A stretch of 57,610 nt of DNA from Bdellovibrionales bacterium (GCA_018969905.1 JAGWXK010000003.1:1-57610), one strand, 5' to 3'; counted from the stretch's first letter, positions 38,639-47,634 are shown. Numbers and translations: made by a program. The notes: generated by a model not told the origin, from the sequence alone.

Positions 38639-39267
38639 GTGATGCCAAAAAACTTCAGACCCCGGGCGCTCTTGCCTGGGATGAACGGTATGACAAAGAG
38701 GCCTTTCATTACGGAAAAGAGCCAAATGATTTTCTTCGCGATAACCTCACGCTCATTCCAAAAGGGGGCCGGGTTCTGTGTCTTGCCGAGGGCGAGGGCA
38801 GGAATGCGATCTTTCTTGCACGCTCAGGATTCAAGGTCACAGCGGTCGATCAATCCGCGGTGGGATTGAAAAAGCTCGAGGCTTGGGCCACAAGAGAAAA
38901 TCTCTCGATTGAAACCTGTCTTTCGGATCTTAAAGACTATGACCCCGGGGTGAATCTGTGGGATGCGGTGATATCAATCTGGTGTCATCTTCCACCGGAA
39001 TTGCGGTCGCTCGTTCATGGTAGGGTTTGCGCGGCGCTCAAATCCGGTGGCGGGATGATCTTGGAGGCCTATCATCCGCGTCAGCTTGAGTACAAAACCG
39101 GAGGCCCGCCCGTGCCTGAACTGATGATGACGGCCGAAATTCTAAAGAAGGATTTCGCAGCTCTTCAGATCAAGACACTTCAGGAACTCGATCGCGAGAT
39201 TCAAGAGGGAGAGGGGCATTCCGGAAAAAGCGCCGTGGTTCAGTTGATCGCGGTTCGAAATTCATAG
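38635..39267 (+). CDS. Class I SAM-dependent methyltransferase (TehB-like)
   Basis: WDERY, YGKEPNDFL, VLCLAEGEGRNA and TGGP motifs. Confidence 0.9.
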   Translation: MSDAKKLQTPGALAWDERYDKEAFHYGKEPNDFLRDNLTLIPKGGRVLCLAEGEGRNAIFLARSGFKVTAVDQSAVGLKKLEAWATRENLSIETCLSDLKDYDPGVNLWDAVISIWCHLPPELRSLVHGRVCAALKSGGGMILEAYHPRQLEYKTGGPPVPELMMTAEILKKDFAALQIKTLQELDREIQEGEGHSGKSAVVQLIAVRNS

Positions 39268-39284
39268 GCTAGCTTTCCAAGCGT

Positions 39285-40382
39285 TCAAAGGAATTCAGGC
39301 AACTCAAGCCAAAGCTGCTCAGGTCCCGCGCGTCCGACCAAGTGGGATGCGGAAATTCCGGCAAGCCGTACCGGCCGGATTCCGGCTTCGGTCTTTTCAT
39401 GAAGAAGTTTGATGGCCTCCTGAAAGATCCTCTCTGCTGAATCGAGAGGCCTCTGAAGAGTGATGCTTCGAGTGATGGTTTCAAAGTTTCCATACCGGAT
39501 TTTCAGTGTGATGGTACGAGCCCGAAGATTTTCTTCCAACAGCGCATCCGATATCTCGACACAAAGTTCCCGGATCTCAGATTCGAGAGTGGTGATCGAT
39601 GTCATGTCTTTTTCAAAGGTTCGCTCGGCACCATAACTTTTTCGCTCCCAAATCGGGTCAACCCTGCGCATGTCAATTCCGTGGGCAAGTTCGTAGAGAA
39701 ACATTCCGTTGCTTCCGAGTGCGGCCTGAACCGAAGCGGGGGAGAGCTCGCGCAGTTCTCCTGCGGTTCTCACTCCGATCCGAAGGAGTGCGGCCTCGGT
39801 CGCAGGTCCGACTCCCCAGATCTTTGAAACCGGGAGGGGCGCGATGAAATCAAGCGCCTCCTCCGGCGGAATGATCGTAAGTCCATCCGGCTTTCGGTAA
39901 TCACTTGCAATTTTTGCAAGGAACAGGGTGGAAGCAACACCTGCCGATGCAGTTAGTTCAAGACGGTGTTTGATCTCTCGCTTGATCCGGATTGCGATTT
40001 TTCCGGCTAAAGGCTCATTCCACTTGTTCTCGGTCACATCGAGGTAAGCTTCATCGAGCGAGAGCGGTTCCACGAGGTCTGTCACCTCATGAAAAATCTC
40101 CCTGATTTTTTGGCTCGCCTCTTCATAGGCAGAAAACCTCGGGTGCACGAAGACACCGTTCGGACAGAGTCGCTTGGCCTTTGCGGTGCTCATGGCGGAC
40201 CTTACCCCGAAGGCGCGGGCCTCATAAGAGCAGGCCGCAACCACCCCCCGACTGTCAGGATCCCCCCCGACAATGACCGGACGACCTCGTAACGCGGGAT
40301 GATCCCTTTGTTCTACCGAAGCATAAAAGGCATCCATGTCGACGTGGATGATTTTTCTTGGATCTGTGTTCAATTCCGGCAT
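39285..40382 (-). CDS. dinB: DNA polymerase IV
   Basis: HVDMDAFYASVE, SYEARAFG, SLDEAYLD and AKIASD motifs. Confidence 0.97.
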   Translation of the reverse strand: MPELNTDPRKIIHVDMDAFYASVEQRDHPALRGRPVIVGGDPDSRGVVAACSYEARAFGVRSAMSTAKAKRLCPNGVFVHPRFSAYEEASQKIREIFHEVTDLVEPLSLDEAYLDVTENKWNEPLAGKIAIRIKREIKHRLELTASAGVASTLFLAKIASDYRKPDGLTIIPPEEALDFIAPLPVSKIWGVGPATEAALLRIGVRTAGELRELSPASVQAALGSNGMFLYELAHGIDMRRVDPIWERKSYGAERTFEKDMTSITTLESEIRELCVEISDALLEENLRARTITLKIRYGNFETITRSITLQRPLDSAERIFQEAIKLLHEKTEAGIRPVRLAGISASHLVGRAGPEQLWLELPEFL

Positions 40383-40456
40383 TTCAATGGTACTTTACCA
40401 CAAGGGGGAATCTCTAAACCCTTTTCGATTTCAAAAGATCCCCGTATCATGAAGAA

Positions 40457-41539
40457 ATGAGTTCCGTTCAAATCAAATGGATGTTTTTTCTGCTACTGCT
40501 CCTTGGGCTTGGACAGGGAGGACGCATTTGGTGGCATGAGCGTCATTCACTCATTCATGGAGTATTTGCAGAGGAAACCTATGAGCCTTCCATTCCCGAG
40601 AATCTTGACCGGGAAGAGGGAGCCTTCATGACTGTGAGTTTTGGCTATCATCTGGTGCCTTGGCCAAAGTTTTTCGAGGGGGACCCGGTGGTTTCAACCA
40701 TGGATTACCAAAAGGGGCCGCCTTCCAAATTCATTACCCGCATGACCCAGATCTGGAGTCCGGGCAACGCCGAGGTGATCATCGAAGGGCCACGCACTCC
40801 TGAGACGGGAGTTACTGTGGATCAATGGAAGTCATGTTTACAGAGTGTTTTTTGTGTGGCGAGGAAAAACCGTTTCATCGAGATTGCGCTGAAGGACCTG
40901 ATCAAACAGCGCTCCAGGCTAAAAAAGGTGGTTTGGTTCGAATCACCTGCAGTCGATGCCGGACGGGGATTGCGACTTGAGTTTGATCTTGATGAGCAGA
41001 TGCTTGAGCGTTTTGTCATCATCACGGATTCTGGAAACACACAGAATTTTTCACTTCGTTACGCAAAAAATGAAATCGGAAAAGCTGCGCACGAGCAGTT
41101 CCGGAAACTCATGACCGGGTTTACACTACGGGATGATCTGAAAACACCAAGGGAGTGGATTTCGACGCGATTGAAGGGGGTTGCGCTTGCCAGGATCGCA
41201 TCGATTCCGGATCCAAAAATCCGCTATCAAAAGTGGATAGAAACCCAGAACCTGTTGTTTTCCCAGATCGCAATTGACCCTCGGAATGTTGCTCCTTTTT
41301 TTCATTTAGCCGGGGTCACGCATCTGCTCGGCATGAGTCTTTTGAAGGAAAAGAAGTCCTATTTCAAGAATCAGGAATCATGGATTCTGCTGGTCCAGCC
41401 CCTGCTGTCCACCTTGATCCAGTATGTTGGGGATTTTCCGGAAGCAGGAAAAGAAAAAGGCGAGCGCAGTGCTGCGCTCGCCAATATGGACTCATTGCTT
41501 CAGGATTTTTTGCTCCTGAAGAAAAAGCTCTCAAAATAG
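40457..41539 (+). CDS. Membrane-anchored hypothetical protein
   Basis: 360-aa ORF with an N-terminal hydrophobic anchor; no family recognised. Confidence 0.7.
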   Translation: MSSVQIKWMFFLLLLLGLGQGGRIWWHERHSLIHGVFAEETYEPSIPENLDREEGAFMTVSFGYHLVPWPKFFEGDPVVSTMDYQKGPPSKFITRMTQIWSPGNAEVIIEGPRTPETGVTVDQWKSCLQSVFCVARKNRFIEIALKDLIKQRSRLKKVVWFESPAVDAGRGLRLEFDLDEQMLERFVIITDSGNTQNFSLRYAKNEIGKAAHEQFRKLMTGFTLRDDLKTPREWISTRLKGVALARIASIPDPKIRYQKWIETQNLLFSQIAIDPRNVAPFFHLAGVTHLLGMSLLKEKKSYFKNQESWILLVQPLLSTLIQYVGDFPEAGKEKGERSAALANMDSLLQDFLLLKKKLSK

Positions 41540-41540
41540 T

Positions 41541-41855
41541 TCAGTTTCCAGTGACGATCGTGCACATTTTTCCATACACGAACGCGTAATTGGTGAACTG
41601 CTTGTCGATCGAAGTGATGTTGGTGATTCCACCCGCCTTGGCCGCAGCATGAACGGATGCATCGCCAGAAGCGTAGATGCCTAGAATGTTCGAAGAACAA
41701 GCGGTTCCGGTTTTTGTTCCCAGTTTGTGCGCGGTGGCCGTTACGGCTTCAGTGGTTTCCATATTGATGAATGCCGTACCTGTTCCCGAGTTCATTCCGG
41801 TAGTGGCGCAAGCGGTAAGAAACAAAAATGCTGTGAGCGATAACATAGTCTTCAT
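41541..41855 (-). CDS. TRL-like lipoprotein
   Basis: Lipobox LTAC; GTACSSNILG...GDASVHAAAKAGGIT...C pattern; AAGGAG SD. Confidence 0.82.
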   Translation of the reverse strand: MKTMLSLTAFLFLTACATTGMNSGTGTAFINMETTEAVTATAHKLGTKTGTACSSNILGIYASGDASVHAAAKAGGITNITSIDKQFTNYAFVYGKMCTIVTGN

Positions 41856-42095
41856 GGTGGCTCCTTTGGGGTCCGATTGTGTTGATTTGTGTCATGCTCA
41901 CCGGTTTTCTTCCGGAAAACAAGGCCTAAACTTGTATGGATTTTGATTTTTTGGATCAGAAACAACCCCGATAAAACAATGTAATTATCCGAATTCATTT
42001 GGTTTTTTTAAATGCATCCCCAATGGTTACGGAGGGGGGCGTTTTTTTCGCTCAAGTTTTTTTGACGCTTTCCGATACGTCCATTGGTGAATCGT

Positions 42096-43094
42096 ATGAA
42101 AAGAAAAATTTCGAATGGTTTTGGCACTTCGGTCTTAATTCTCGCTCTGATGATTCTGAGCGCTTGTACCTCATCCATGGAACTCGAGGACGGGGATTAC
42201 TCCGGAGATGAAACAGTAGCGACTACCGAGGGTGAAGAAGCTGCTCCTGCGGATGCAGTACCCGGAGAGGAACTGGCCGCCGGTGACGCCAAATCCTCCG
42301 AACCGCTTTCACCGGATTCGAACATCGGATCTGATGGAAATCCCGAACTGGAACTTGCGGCCGGTGCGGCCGCCAAGAATGACGCAAAATCCGATGCTGT
42401 TGCCAGTACGGATTCACCGATAGGGGCCTCCGAGGAGACGGCCGTAAAGGATGCGGCTCCGGTGGAGGAGCTTCCACCTCTTGATTTGGCTACGGATTCC
42501 GCTTTGCCGCCTCCCTCTGATGTGGATGTGACTCCCAAAGTGGTAACTCCGGGGACGAAGACAGAAGTTGCCTCGGCATCTCCAGAAGTTCCTGTTGAAA
42601 CTCCATTGGCGCAGACCCCCGATTCTTCAAGCACTGCACCGAAACAAACGGTTGCCTCCACCGATACTCCGGGTGGAGATGGGGTTTCCTATACGGTTCA
42701 GAAGGGTGATACCCTCATGAAGATTTCCTGGGAGCAATACGGCGATCTTTTTCGATGGCGCGAGATCTATGCTCTGAATAAGTCAAAAATCGCAGATCCG
42801 AACAATGTGCCACCGGGTACAGTGATCCAAATTGCGGGTCAGGGCCGGAGTCCGGCATCAGCAATGGAGCGCAATGGTGAGCAATATCTCATTGTGTTCG
42901 GTGACACCCTTGGGAAAATTTCCGGGAAGGTGTACGGCAGCATGGGTAAGTGGAAGAAGATCTGGGAAAACAACAAGCGTCTGATTCGCGATCCGAACAA
43001 GATCTATGCTGGATTCTACCTGTACTACGTTCCAGAGGCGAAAATGACTTCGCGCGAGGAGGATGCCGACTCCTCTGAGCCCTTGGATTCCTAA
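42096..43094 (+). CDS. Lipoprotein with acidic linker and two LysM domains
   Basis: Lipobox LSAC; YTVQKGDTLMKIS and YLIVFGDTLGKIS LysM repeats. Confidence 0.9.
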   Translation: MKRKISNGFGTSVLILALMILSACTSSMELEDGDYSGDETVATTEGEEAAPADAVPGEELAAGDAKSSEPLSPDSNIGSDGNPELELAAGAAAKNDAKSDAVASTDSPIGASEETAVKDAAPVEELPPLDLATDSALPPPSDVDVTPKVVTPGTKTEVASASPEVPVETPLAQTPDSSSTAPKQTVASTDTPGGDGVSYTVQKGDTLMKISWEQYGDLFRWREIYALNKSKIADPNNVPPGTVIQIAGQGRSPASAMERNGEQYLIVFGDTLGKISGKVYGSMGKWKKIWENNKRLIRDPNKIYAGFYLYYVPEAKMTSREEDADSSEPLDS

Positions 43095-43185
43095 GGATAG
43101 GGCTCATTTGTCTCTTTGAGGAGCATTGTTGACTTCTTGATCTTTTCGTTCGTTCTGTTTTACGCAATTTAACCGATTCACAGAC

Positions 43186-43201
43186 TGGCATGACTCCTGC
43201 T
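43186..43201 (+). promoter_or_regulatory. Putative sigma-54 promoter for the downstream RNA
   Basis: TGGCATGACTCCTGCT (GG-N10-GC); predicted +1 near 43212, at the start of a hairpin. Confidence 0.55.
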
Positions 43202-43244
43202 TTATAGGAATCCGTCACCGACGAAAGAAGGTGATGGAGAAACA

Positions 43245-44020
43245 GCAGCGATGCTCGTTCTTTTTCTTGTGGGTTGAAGTCCCATCGATGGAGTCCTTCG
43301 GTTGCCATCGTAGTGCCTGTTCTTTTCGAGGTCCGGCAACGGAATTCGGAAATGCAGAACAGGAAACGCTTGATGAATCGTTTCATCAGGCAACGAAGGG
43401 CCCGGTTGTAGCGAAAGCGAAACTCGTGGAATGTACATTTCCGCTCTCTGAAGCGATGAGAACGGAAGCAAAGGGCCGAGCCAGGATGAACCTTGGTGAA
43501 CGCCAGTGTCAGGAGTCAAGAACCGAATGAGCCGGACTCCAGGACTTTGCGTACAAGAGAGGACAACAGGGTCTGGAAGAAAGAGAATCAAGGCACGGAA
43601 GCACTCTGGTCATCCTAGGTGAGCCTAGTTAATCAGCCTAGGAAACACGGTGATCGTGGTGATCGAGTGTGGCGGATGAGGTCGAGAAGCGGTAAAGCGC
43701 GAGGACCTCTGCGGTAAGATGTCGTGGACGTGGCTGGAGGAGTCGTTTTTTGTGGTAAACGAAAGGATTCTTCCTACCATGCCCGCAGCACCTTCAGTTG
43801 CGGCACCGGATGGATATCGACCGGTGTGAAGAAGGAAGGCAAACCCGCTCTGAGCGGATGAACCATCAAGGCTGGATAAGCCGGTTCAGGACGAGGGAAG
43901 GCCTCCTTTGAAAGCAAGCCGTTCAGCCGTATCGGGGAAAGCCCGACGTACGGAATGGGAAAAAAAGAGGATGGAAACGTCGGGTTGAGAGGCCCGGTCC
44001 GCGCCATCCTCTTTCTCCAT
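43245..44020 (+). ncRNA. ORF-less group II intron-like ribozyme RNA (domains I-VI)
   Basis: Domain V AGCCGTATCGGGGAAAGCCCGACGTACGGAAT (43925-43956) with AGC triad and AC bulge. DVI hairpin 43957-44020. DIII GAGGTC/GACCTC (43678-43709), J2/3 GGCGGA, DII GCACTC/GAGTGT, DI hairpins with a GCAA tetraloop. The 5' boundary is approximate. Confidence 0.82.
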
Positions 44021-44024
44021 TTTT

Positions 44025-44148
44025 AAGACTGCTGAAAAAATCCAATCTGCTGCGTCCAATGACCTGAATCTCATTCCGACGTACCGCGTGTACGTCTCAT
44101 TCGCTTCAGGTCATTGGCCTTCGCATCTTGGACTTTTTGAGCAGTCTT
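44025..44148. repeat. 124-bp imperfect palindromic element (REP/MITE-like)
   Basis: AAGACTGCT...AGCAGTCTT ends, inner CCAATGACCTGAA/TTCAGGTCATTGG arms, apical GACGTAC/GTACGTC; partial second copy at ~44158-44188. Confidence 0.8.
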
Positions 44149-44229
44149 TAGATTGGATGAAAAAATCCAATTTGCTGCGTCCAATGACGAACACCCGCGT
44201 CCGGGACTTCCATTATTTCGGGAGCGCAT

Positions 44230-44454
44230 TTACTCCTTCTGCTTTTTTGGGTGGTGCGCGCATTTTCCGTGTTTGCAGTGGCCCTTTGCGCAATCGCACT
44301 CCTGGCAGGTACAGGAATCACCCTTTCCATCTGCGCACTTTTGCTGACAGGCCTCATCGCAGGTGCATTCCGAGGCGTAAGCGCCACCGGGTTGAAATGC
44401 GAGTAAATTCGCGAACATCAGCCCATAAAACCAGTTTCGATTGAATTTCTTCAT
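44230..44454 (-). CDS. Secreted Cys/His-rich small protein (metallothionein-like)
   Basis: Signal peptide ending in AYA; 47-aa mature part with 10 Cys (CxC motifs) and 4 His; GAGGAG SD. Confidence 0.78.
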   Translation of the reverse strand: MKKFNRNWFYGLMFANLLAFQPGGAYASECTCDEACQQKCADGKGDSCTCQECDCAKGHCKHGKCAHHPKKQKE

Positions 44455-44478
44455 GATGAAATTCTCCTCTCGAGGTCA

Positions 44479-44537
44479 TTTACGGGGCTCATATCTTCTT
44501 TGTGACAGAGTCACAAAATTTTGCTTCCATCCGTAAA
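44479..44537. promoter_or_regulatory. Back-to-back ECF-type promoters GTCACA-N15-CCGTAAA
   Basis: The same bipartite motif occurs on the + strand (44510-44537) and the - strand (44506-44479). Confidence 0.75.
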
Positions 44538-44556
44538 ACAAGTAGAAAGGATCGGG

Positions 44557-45105
44557 ATGAAATCGAAACTCAGTGAACTCGATGAAAAAGCGCTTCTCTT
44601 GCGGTATGCAAAGGGCGATGAGGCTGCGTTTCGGGTGTTCTATGAGCGGGTTTCCCCGAAAATCTGGTCTTTCGTGAAAAAGCGTATTTCAAGCCTGCCT
44701 GAGGCAGAAGAAATTTATCAGGAAGCCTGGACCAAGATCCACCGTTTTCGGGATCGCTACGATCCCAATCTTGAGCCTCTCCCTTGGATCTACACCATTA
44801 CCCGATCCGTTTTGACGGATCGGATGCGAGCGGTAAGTGCGGTGCTTGAAACGGCATTTGATCCAAGCGCCTTGGAACAGAGAAGCAACTCGTTGGTGGT
44901 GGTTGAACCGAGCAACGATGGGGCTCGGACCGGGGAACTGGAGCAAGTCCTCTCGGCTCTTCCAGAAGATCAACGCGAGCTTCTTCAAAAGAGGTACGAT
45001 CAGGATTTGAGTTTTGAGCAAATTGCAACGAGCTTCGGAGTACGCCAGGAAACCATTCGAAAACGAATCAGCCGAATTTTACAAAAAATGAGGAGGTCAG
45101 TATGA
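44557..45105 (+). CDS. ECF RNA polymerase sigma factor
   Basis: GDEAAFRVFY, AEEIYQEAW, WIYTITR and region-4 HTH (SFEQIA...TIRKRISR). Confidence 0.92.
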   Translation: MKSKLSELDEKALLLRYAKGDEAAFRVFYERVSPKIWSFVKKRISSLPEAEEIYQEAWTKIHRFRDRYDPNLEPLPWIYTITRSVLTDRMRAVSAVLETAFDPSALEQRSNSLVVVEPSNDGARTGELEQVLSALPEDQRELLQKRYDQDLSFEQIATSFGVRQETIRKRISRILQKMRRSV

Positions 45106-45650
45106 CAAGGCGGAAGCTAAATCGTGAGGGCTCTGGATACTCTGAGTTTCTCTCCGGATCCGAGGTCGTGCCCGAAGGTCTCCATGAGCGAGTGCGGGCG
45201 GAGCTAGAAGCCAGGATGAAACCTTCATTTTTTCGAATCCTTTTTTCCATTCTGAAAGCACAAATCATCTTGGGTGCATTGACTCTTCTTGTGTGTCCCC
45301 AGTTTGGAATCGGACCCTTGGGGGGAGGAGATGGTCTCATGGGATGGGTAGAGTCCTATGGGCATCTGATCTGTGGTACCTACTGCGGGTCGATTTTTGT
45401 TGGCCTCAATGTTCTGTATGCAAGGTTCTTTTTGCCTCTTGATGATCGGAATGCGATTCGCTCAGAGCCCATGCTCCCGTTTGGAGTCCTCGGAGTGATT
45501 TCATTTTCTCTCATCGTGATGGTCTCTTTGATGTGGAATGGAATTGTGCCGCATCTACATGCTGAATTTGTGGGCGGGTGGCTTTTCGCATTTCTCTGGA
45601 TTCCGCTAGTTGGGCTGCGCCTTGGGTTCCGCGGGAGAGTCTCGGAATAA
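45102..45650 (+). CDS. Membrane anti-sigma factor candidate
   Basis: Overlaps the sigma stop codon; about 4 TM segments; CPQFG and HLICGTYC motifs. Confidence 0.7.
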   Translation: MTRRKLNREGSGYSEFLSGSEVVPEGLHERVRAELEARMKPSFFRILFSILKAQIILGALTLLVCPQFGIGPLGGGDGLMGWVESYGHLICGTYCGSIFVGLNVLYARFFLPLDDRNAIRSEPMLPFGVLGVISFSLIVMVSLMWNGIVPHLHAEFVGGWLFAFLWIPLVGLRLGFRGRVSE

Positions 45651-46817
45651 AAATGCAAGGAGCATCGATCCTCCTGCGAAAATTGCCCAGACCCCTAGCG
45701 GAAGGTGCCCGATCATAAGTCCAGCTAAAAAGGGCGCAATGATGGAGGCAATCGATGCAAGACTTTGGCTTACGCCAAACACGATGCCCTGTTCTTTTGG
45801 TTCAGCGACATGAGACATCAGTGCAGCAAGAGAGGGGCGAATCAATCCTGATCCGATGCTTGAAATGGTAGAGGCCATCAGTGCTCCGGGTATTGTATCT
45901 ACAAAGAAGTACCCGCCAAACCCGATCGCTTGCGCAAAAAAACCAATTCTTGATGTGCCGCGCTCTCCAAATTTCTTGATGAGTGCAGAGATCATCCAGC
46001 TTCTTACTGCAATTCCGATGAAGCCAAGGTATGCGTACAAATAGCCAACCTCTTTTGCCCCAAAAGGCTCGCCGTTCCAAAAAAGACGTCTCTCAGCAAA
46101 GAGTGCAAAGCAGGAAATGTGTGCCGAAAAGGAAAGATTAAAACAGAAAAATTGGGCTAAGAGCGGGCGGAGCTTTGGGTGGGCAAGATAATGGCCTATG
46201 GGCTTAAAATTGAACGCAAGTGCAAGATCGCTTTTTTTGATTCGGAAAGGTTCTTTCGAATCATGGAGATGGGGCGAATCATTGAATAGGAATGTAGTTG
46301 ATAGAATGCTGCAAAATGAGAGAAACGCAGCTCCCCATGCAGGCGCTTGAGGCCCAAAATGGGAAAGAAACGCGGAGATCGCAGGGCCCACGAAAAATCC
46401 GAGTCCGAAAGAGACGCCAATCAAAGAAAATGCCTTCGCACGCTCGGATGGCTTCGTAATATCTGAGATTGCAGCTTGTGCGACTGTGATATTACCTGCA
46501 GTGATTCCATCCAAAACCCGAGCAAGGTAGACCATCCACAAATTCTGAGCGAGGCCAAGGATCACAAAGCCAAGACAGGTTCCTACCTGGCTGAGAATCA
46601 ATACGGGTTTGCGTCCCATGGTATCAGACATCCGGCCCAGCACAGGACCTGCGAGAAATTGGCATAAGGAAAAACTGGTCAGAATCAATCCTACTTGAGT
46701 GGGGGAAGCTCCAAAGTGCTCGGCAAAAAAGGGCAGGTAGGGGAGTACAAGTGTGAAAGCGAGAATGTCGACAAAGACAATGAAGAAAATCGCAATGAGA
46801 GCTTTAGACTTTGCCAT
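45606..46817 (-). CDS. MFS transporter, TetA/DHA1-like
   Basis: GRMSDTMGRKP motif A, ARVLDGITAGN and GFFVGP. Confidence 0.92.
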   Translation of the reverse strand: MAKSKALIAIFFIVFVDILAFTLVLPYLPFFAEHFGASPTQVGLILTSFSLCQFLAGPVLGRMSDTMGRKPVLILSQVGTCLGFVILGLAQNLWMVYLARVLDGITAGNITVAQAAISDITKPSERAKAFSLIGVSFGLGFFVGPAISAFLSHFGPQAPAWGAAFLSFCSILSTTFLFNDSPHLHDSKEPFRIKKSDLALAFNFKPIGHYLAHPKLRPLLAQFFCFNLSFSAHISCFALFAERRLFWNGEPFGAKEVGYLYAYLGFIGIAVRSWMISALIKKFGERGTSRIGFFAQAIGFGGYFFVDTIPGALMASTISSIGSGLIRPSLAALMSHVAEPKEQGIVFGVSQSLASIASIIAPFLAGLMIGHLPLGVWAIFAGGSMLLAFLFRDSPAEPKAQPN

Positions 46818-46891
46818 TCAAATTCAGAATTGAATCCTTATGCCTCGCAGTATGCTGGGGATGGGGTCAAATGTCGACCCCGAAAAGCCAA

Positions 46892-47599
46892 CTAGGAGCC
46901 AGAATAATTCCGAACGAGGCCCACCAAAACCCCTTGAATCTCAAAGCGATCTCCTTCTTGAACTGGAATGATAGGGTACTTGGGATTTGCGGGAAGGAGT
47001 GCATACCCCGTTTTGGTTTTTTGAAGACGCTTTAAGGTAGCCTCTCCGTTCAAAAGCGCGGCTACGGTTTCTCCTGGCCTTGCCTGATTCGTTTTTCGAA
47101 GGATGACCCAGTCTTCCGGCAAAATTCCATCTTCAATCATGGAATCCCCCCGAACCGTAAGCATGTAGAGCTCGCCTGGTCGCGCGCGTTTTGAACCAGA
47201 GAAAAGCGAATGAGGAATGCGCATGGGTTTGGGATCGGCAAATACCTCAATTGGATACCCTGCGGCGATGGTCCCGATAAGCGGAATGATTTCACTCTCG
47301 ATTGAATGAGATTCCCGCTCAAAGGGGGAGGAATCGCGCGCAGGGCTGGCATCGGTTTTGGCTAAAAAATGTTTTTTCGAACGCGCAGTCCATTGAAGCG
47401 CCCGACTTTCGCGGGTTTCGCCGCGCCTTAGATATCCTTTTTTTTCGAGCGCCTCAATGTGCTGTTGTATGGTTGCAGGCGAGGAGAGGCCAACCCCGGT
47501 TGCGATTTCCCTGCGAGATGGCATGGTTTGGTGGGTTTTGAGGTAAGCCTCAATCCACTCGAGAATCTGCTTTTGTTTTGGGGTAAGTGAACTTTCCAT
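46892..47599 (-). CDS. lexA: SOS repressor LexA
   Basis: LTPKQ...PSRREIA HTH, IAAG cleavage site, GDSM and ATLKR catalytic dyad. Confidence 0.96.
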   Translation of the reverse strand: MESSLTPKQKQILEWIEAYLKTHQTMPSRREIATGVGLSSPATIQQHIEALEKKGYLRRGETRESRALQWTARSKKHFLAKTDASPARDSSPFERESHSIESEIIPLIGTIAAGYPIEVFADPKPMRIPHSLFSGSKRARPGELYMLTVRGDSMIEDGILPEDWVILRKTNQARPGETVAALLNGEATLKRLQKTKTGYALLPANPKYPIIPVQEGDRFEIQGVLVGLVRNYSGS

Positions 47600-47619
47600 G
47601 TCCTGAAAAAGAAGATACC

Positions 47620-47634
47620 GAACAAAATACGAAC
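47620..47634. promoter_or_regulatory. Candidate LexA box GAAC-N7-GAAC
   Basis: GAACAAAATACGAAC about 20 bp upstream of the lexA start. Confidence 0.45.

Noticed and set aside
43269-43285. tRNA T-arm-like GGGTTGAAGTCCC
   Set aside because: No cloverleaf around it; better explained as a domain I hairpin of the group II-like RNA.
43202-44074. Short ORFs across the intron-like region (43202-43591, 43231-43530, 43774-44007, 43886-44074)
   Set aside because: No RT/maturase motifs such as YADD and no recognisable protein features; the region is explained by RNA structure.
39285-47599. Prophage or SOS mutagenesis cassette (dinB with lexA)
   Set aside because: No imuAB/dnaE2, integrase or phage genes, and the two genes are separated by unrelated loci.
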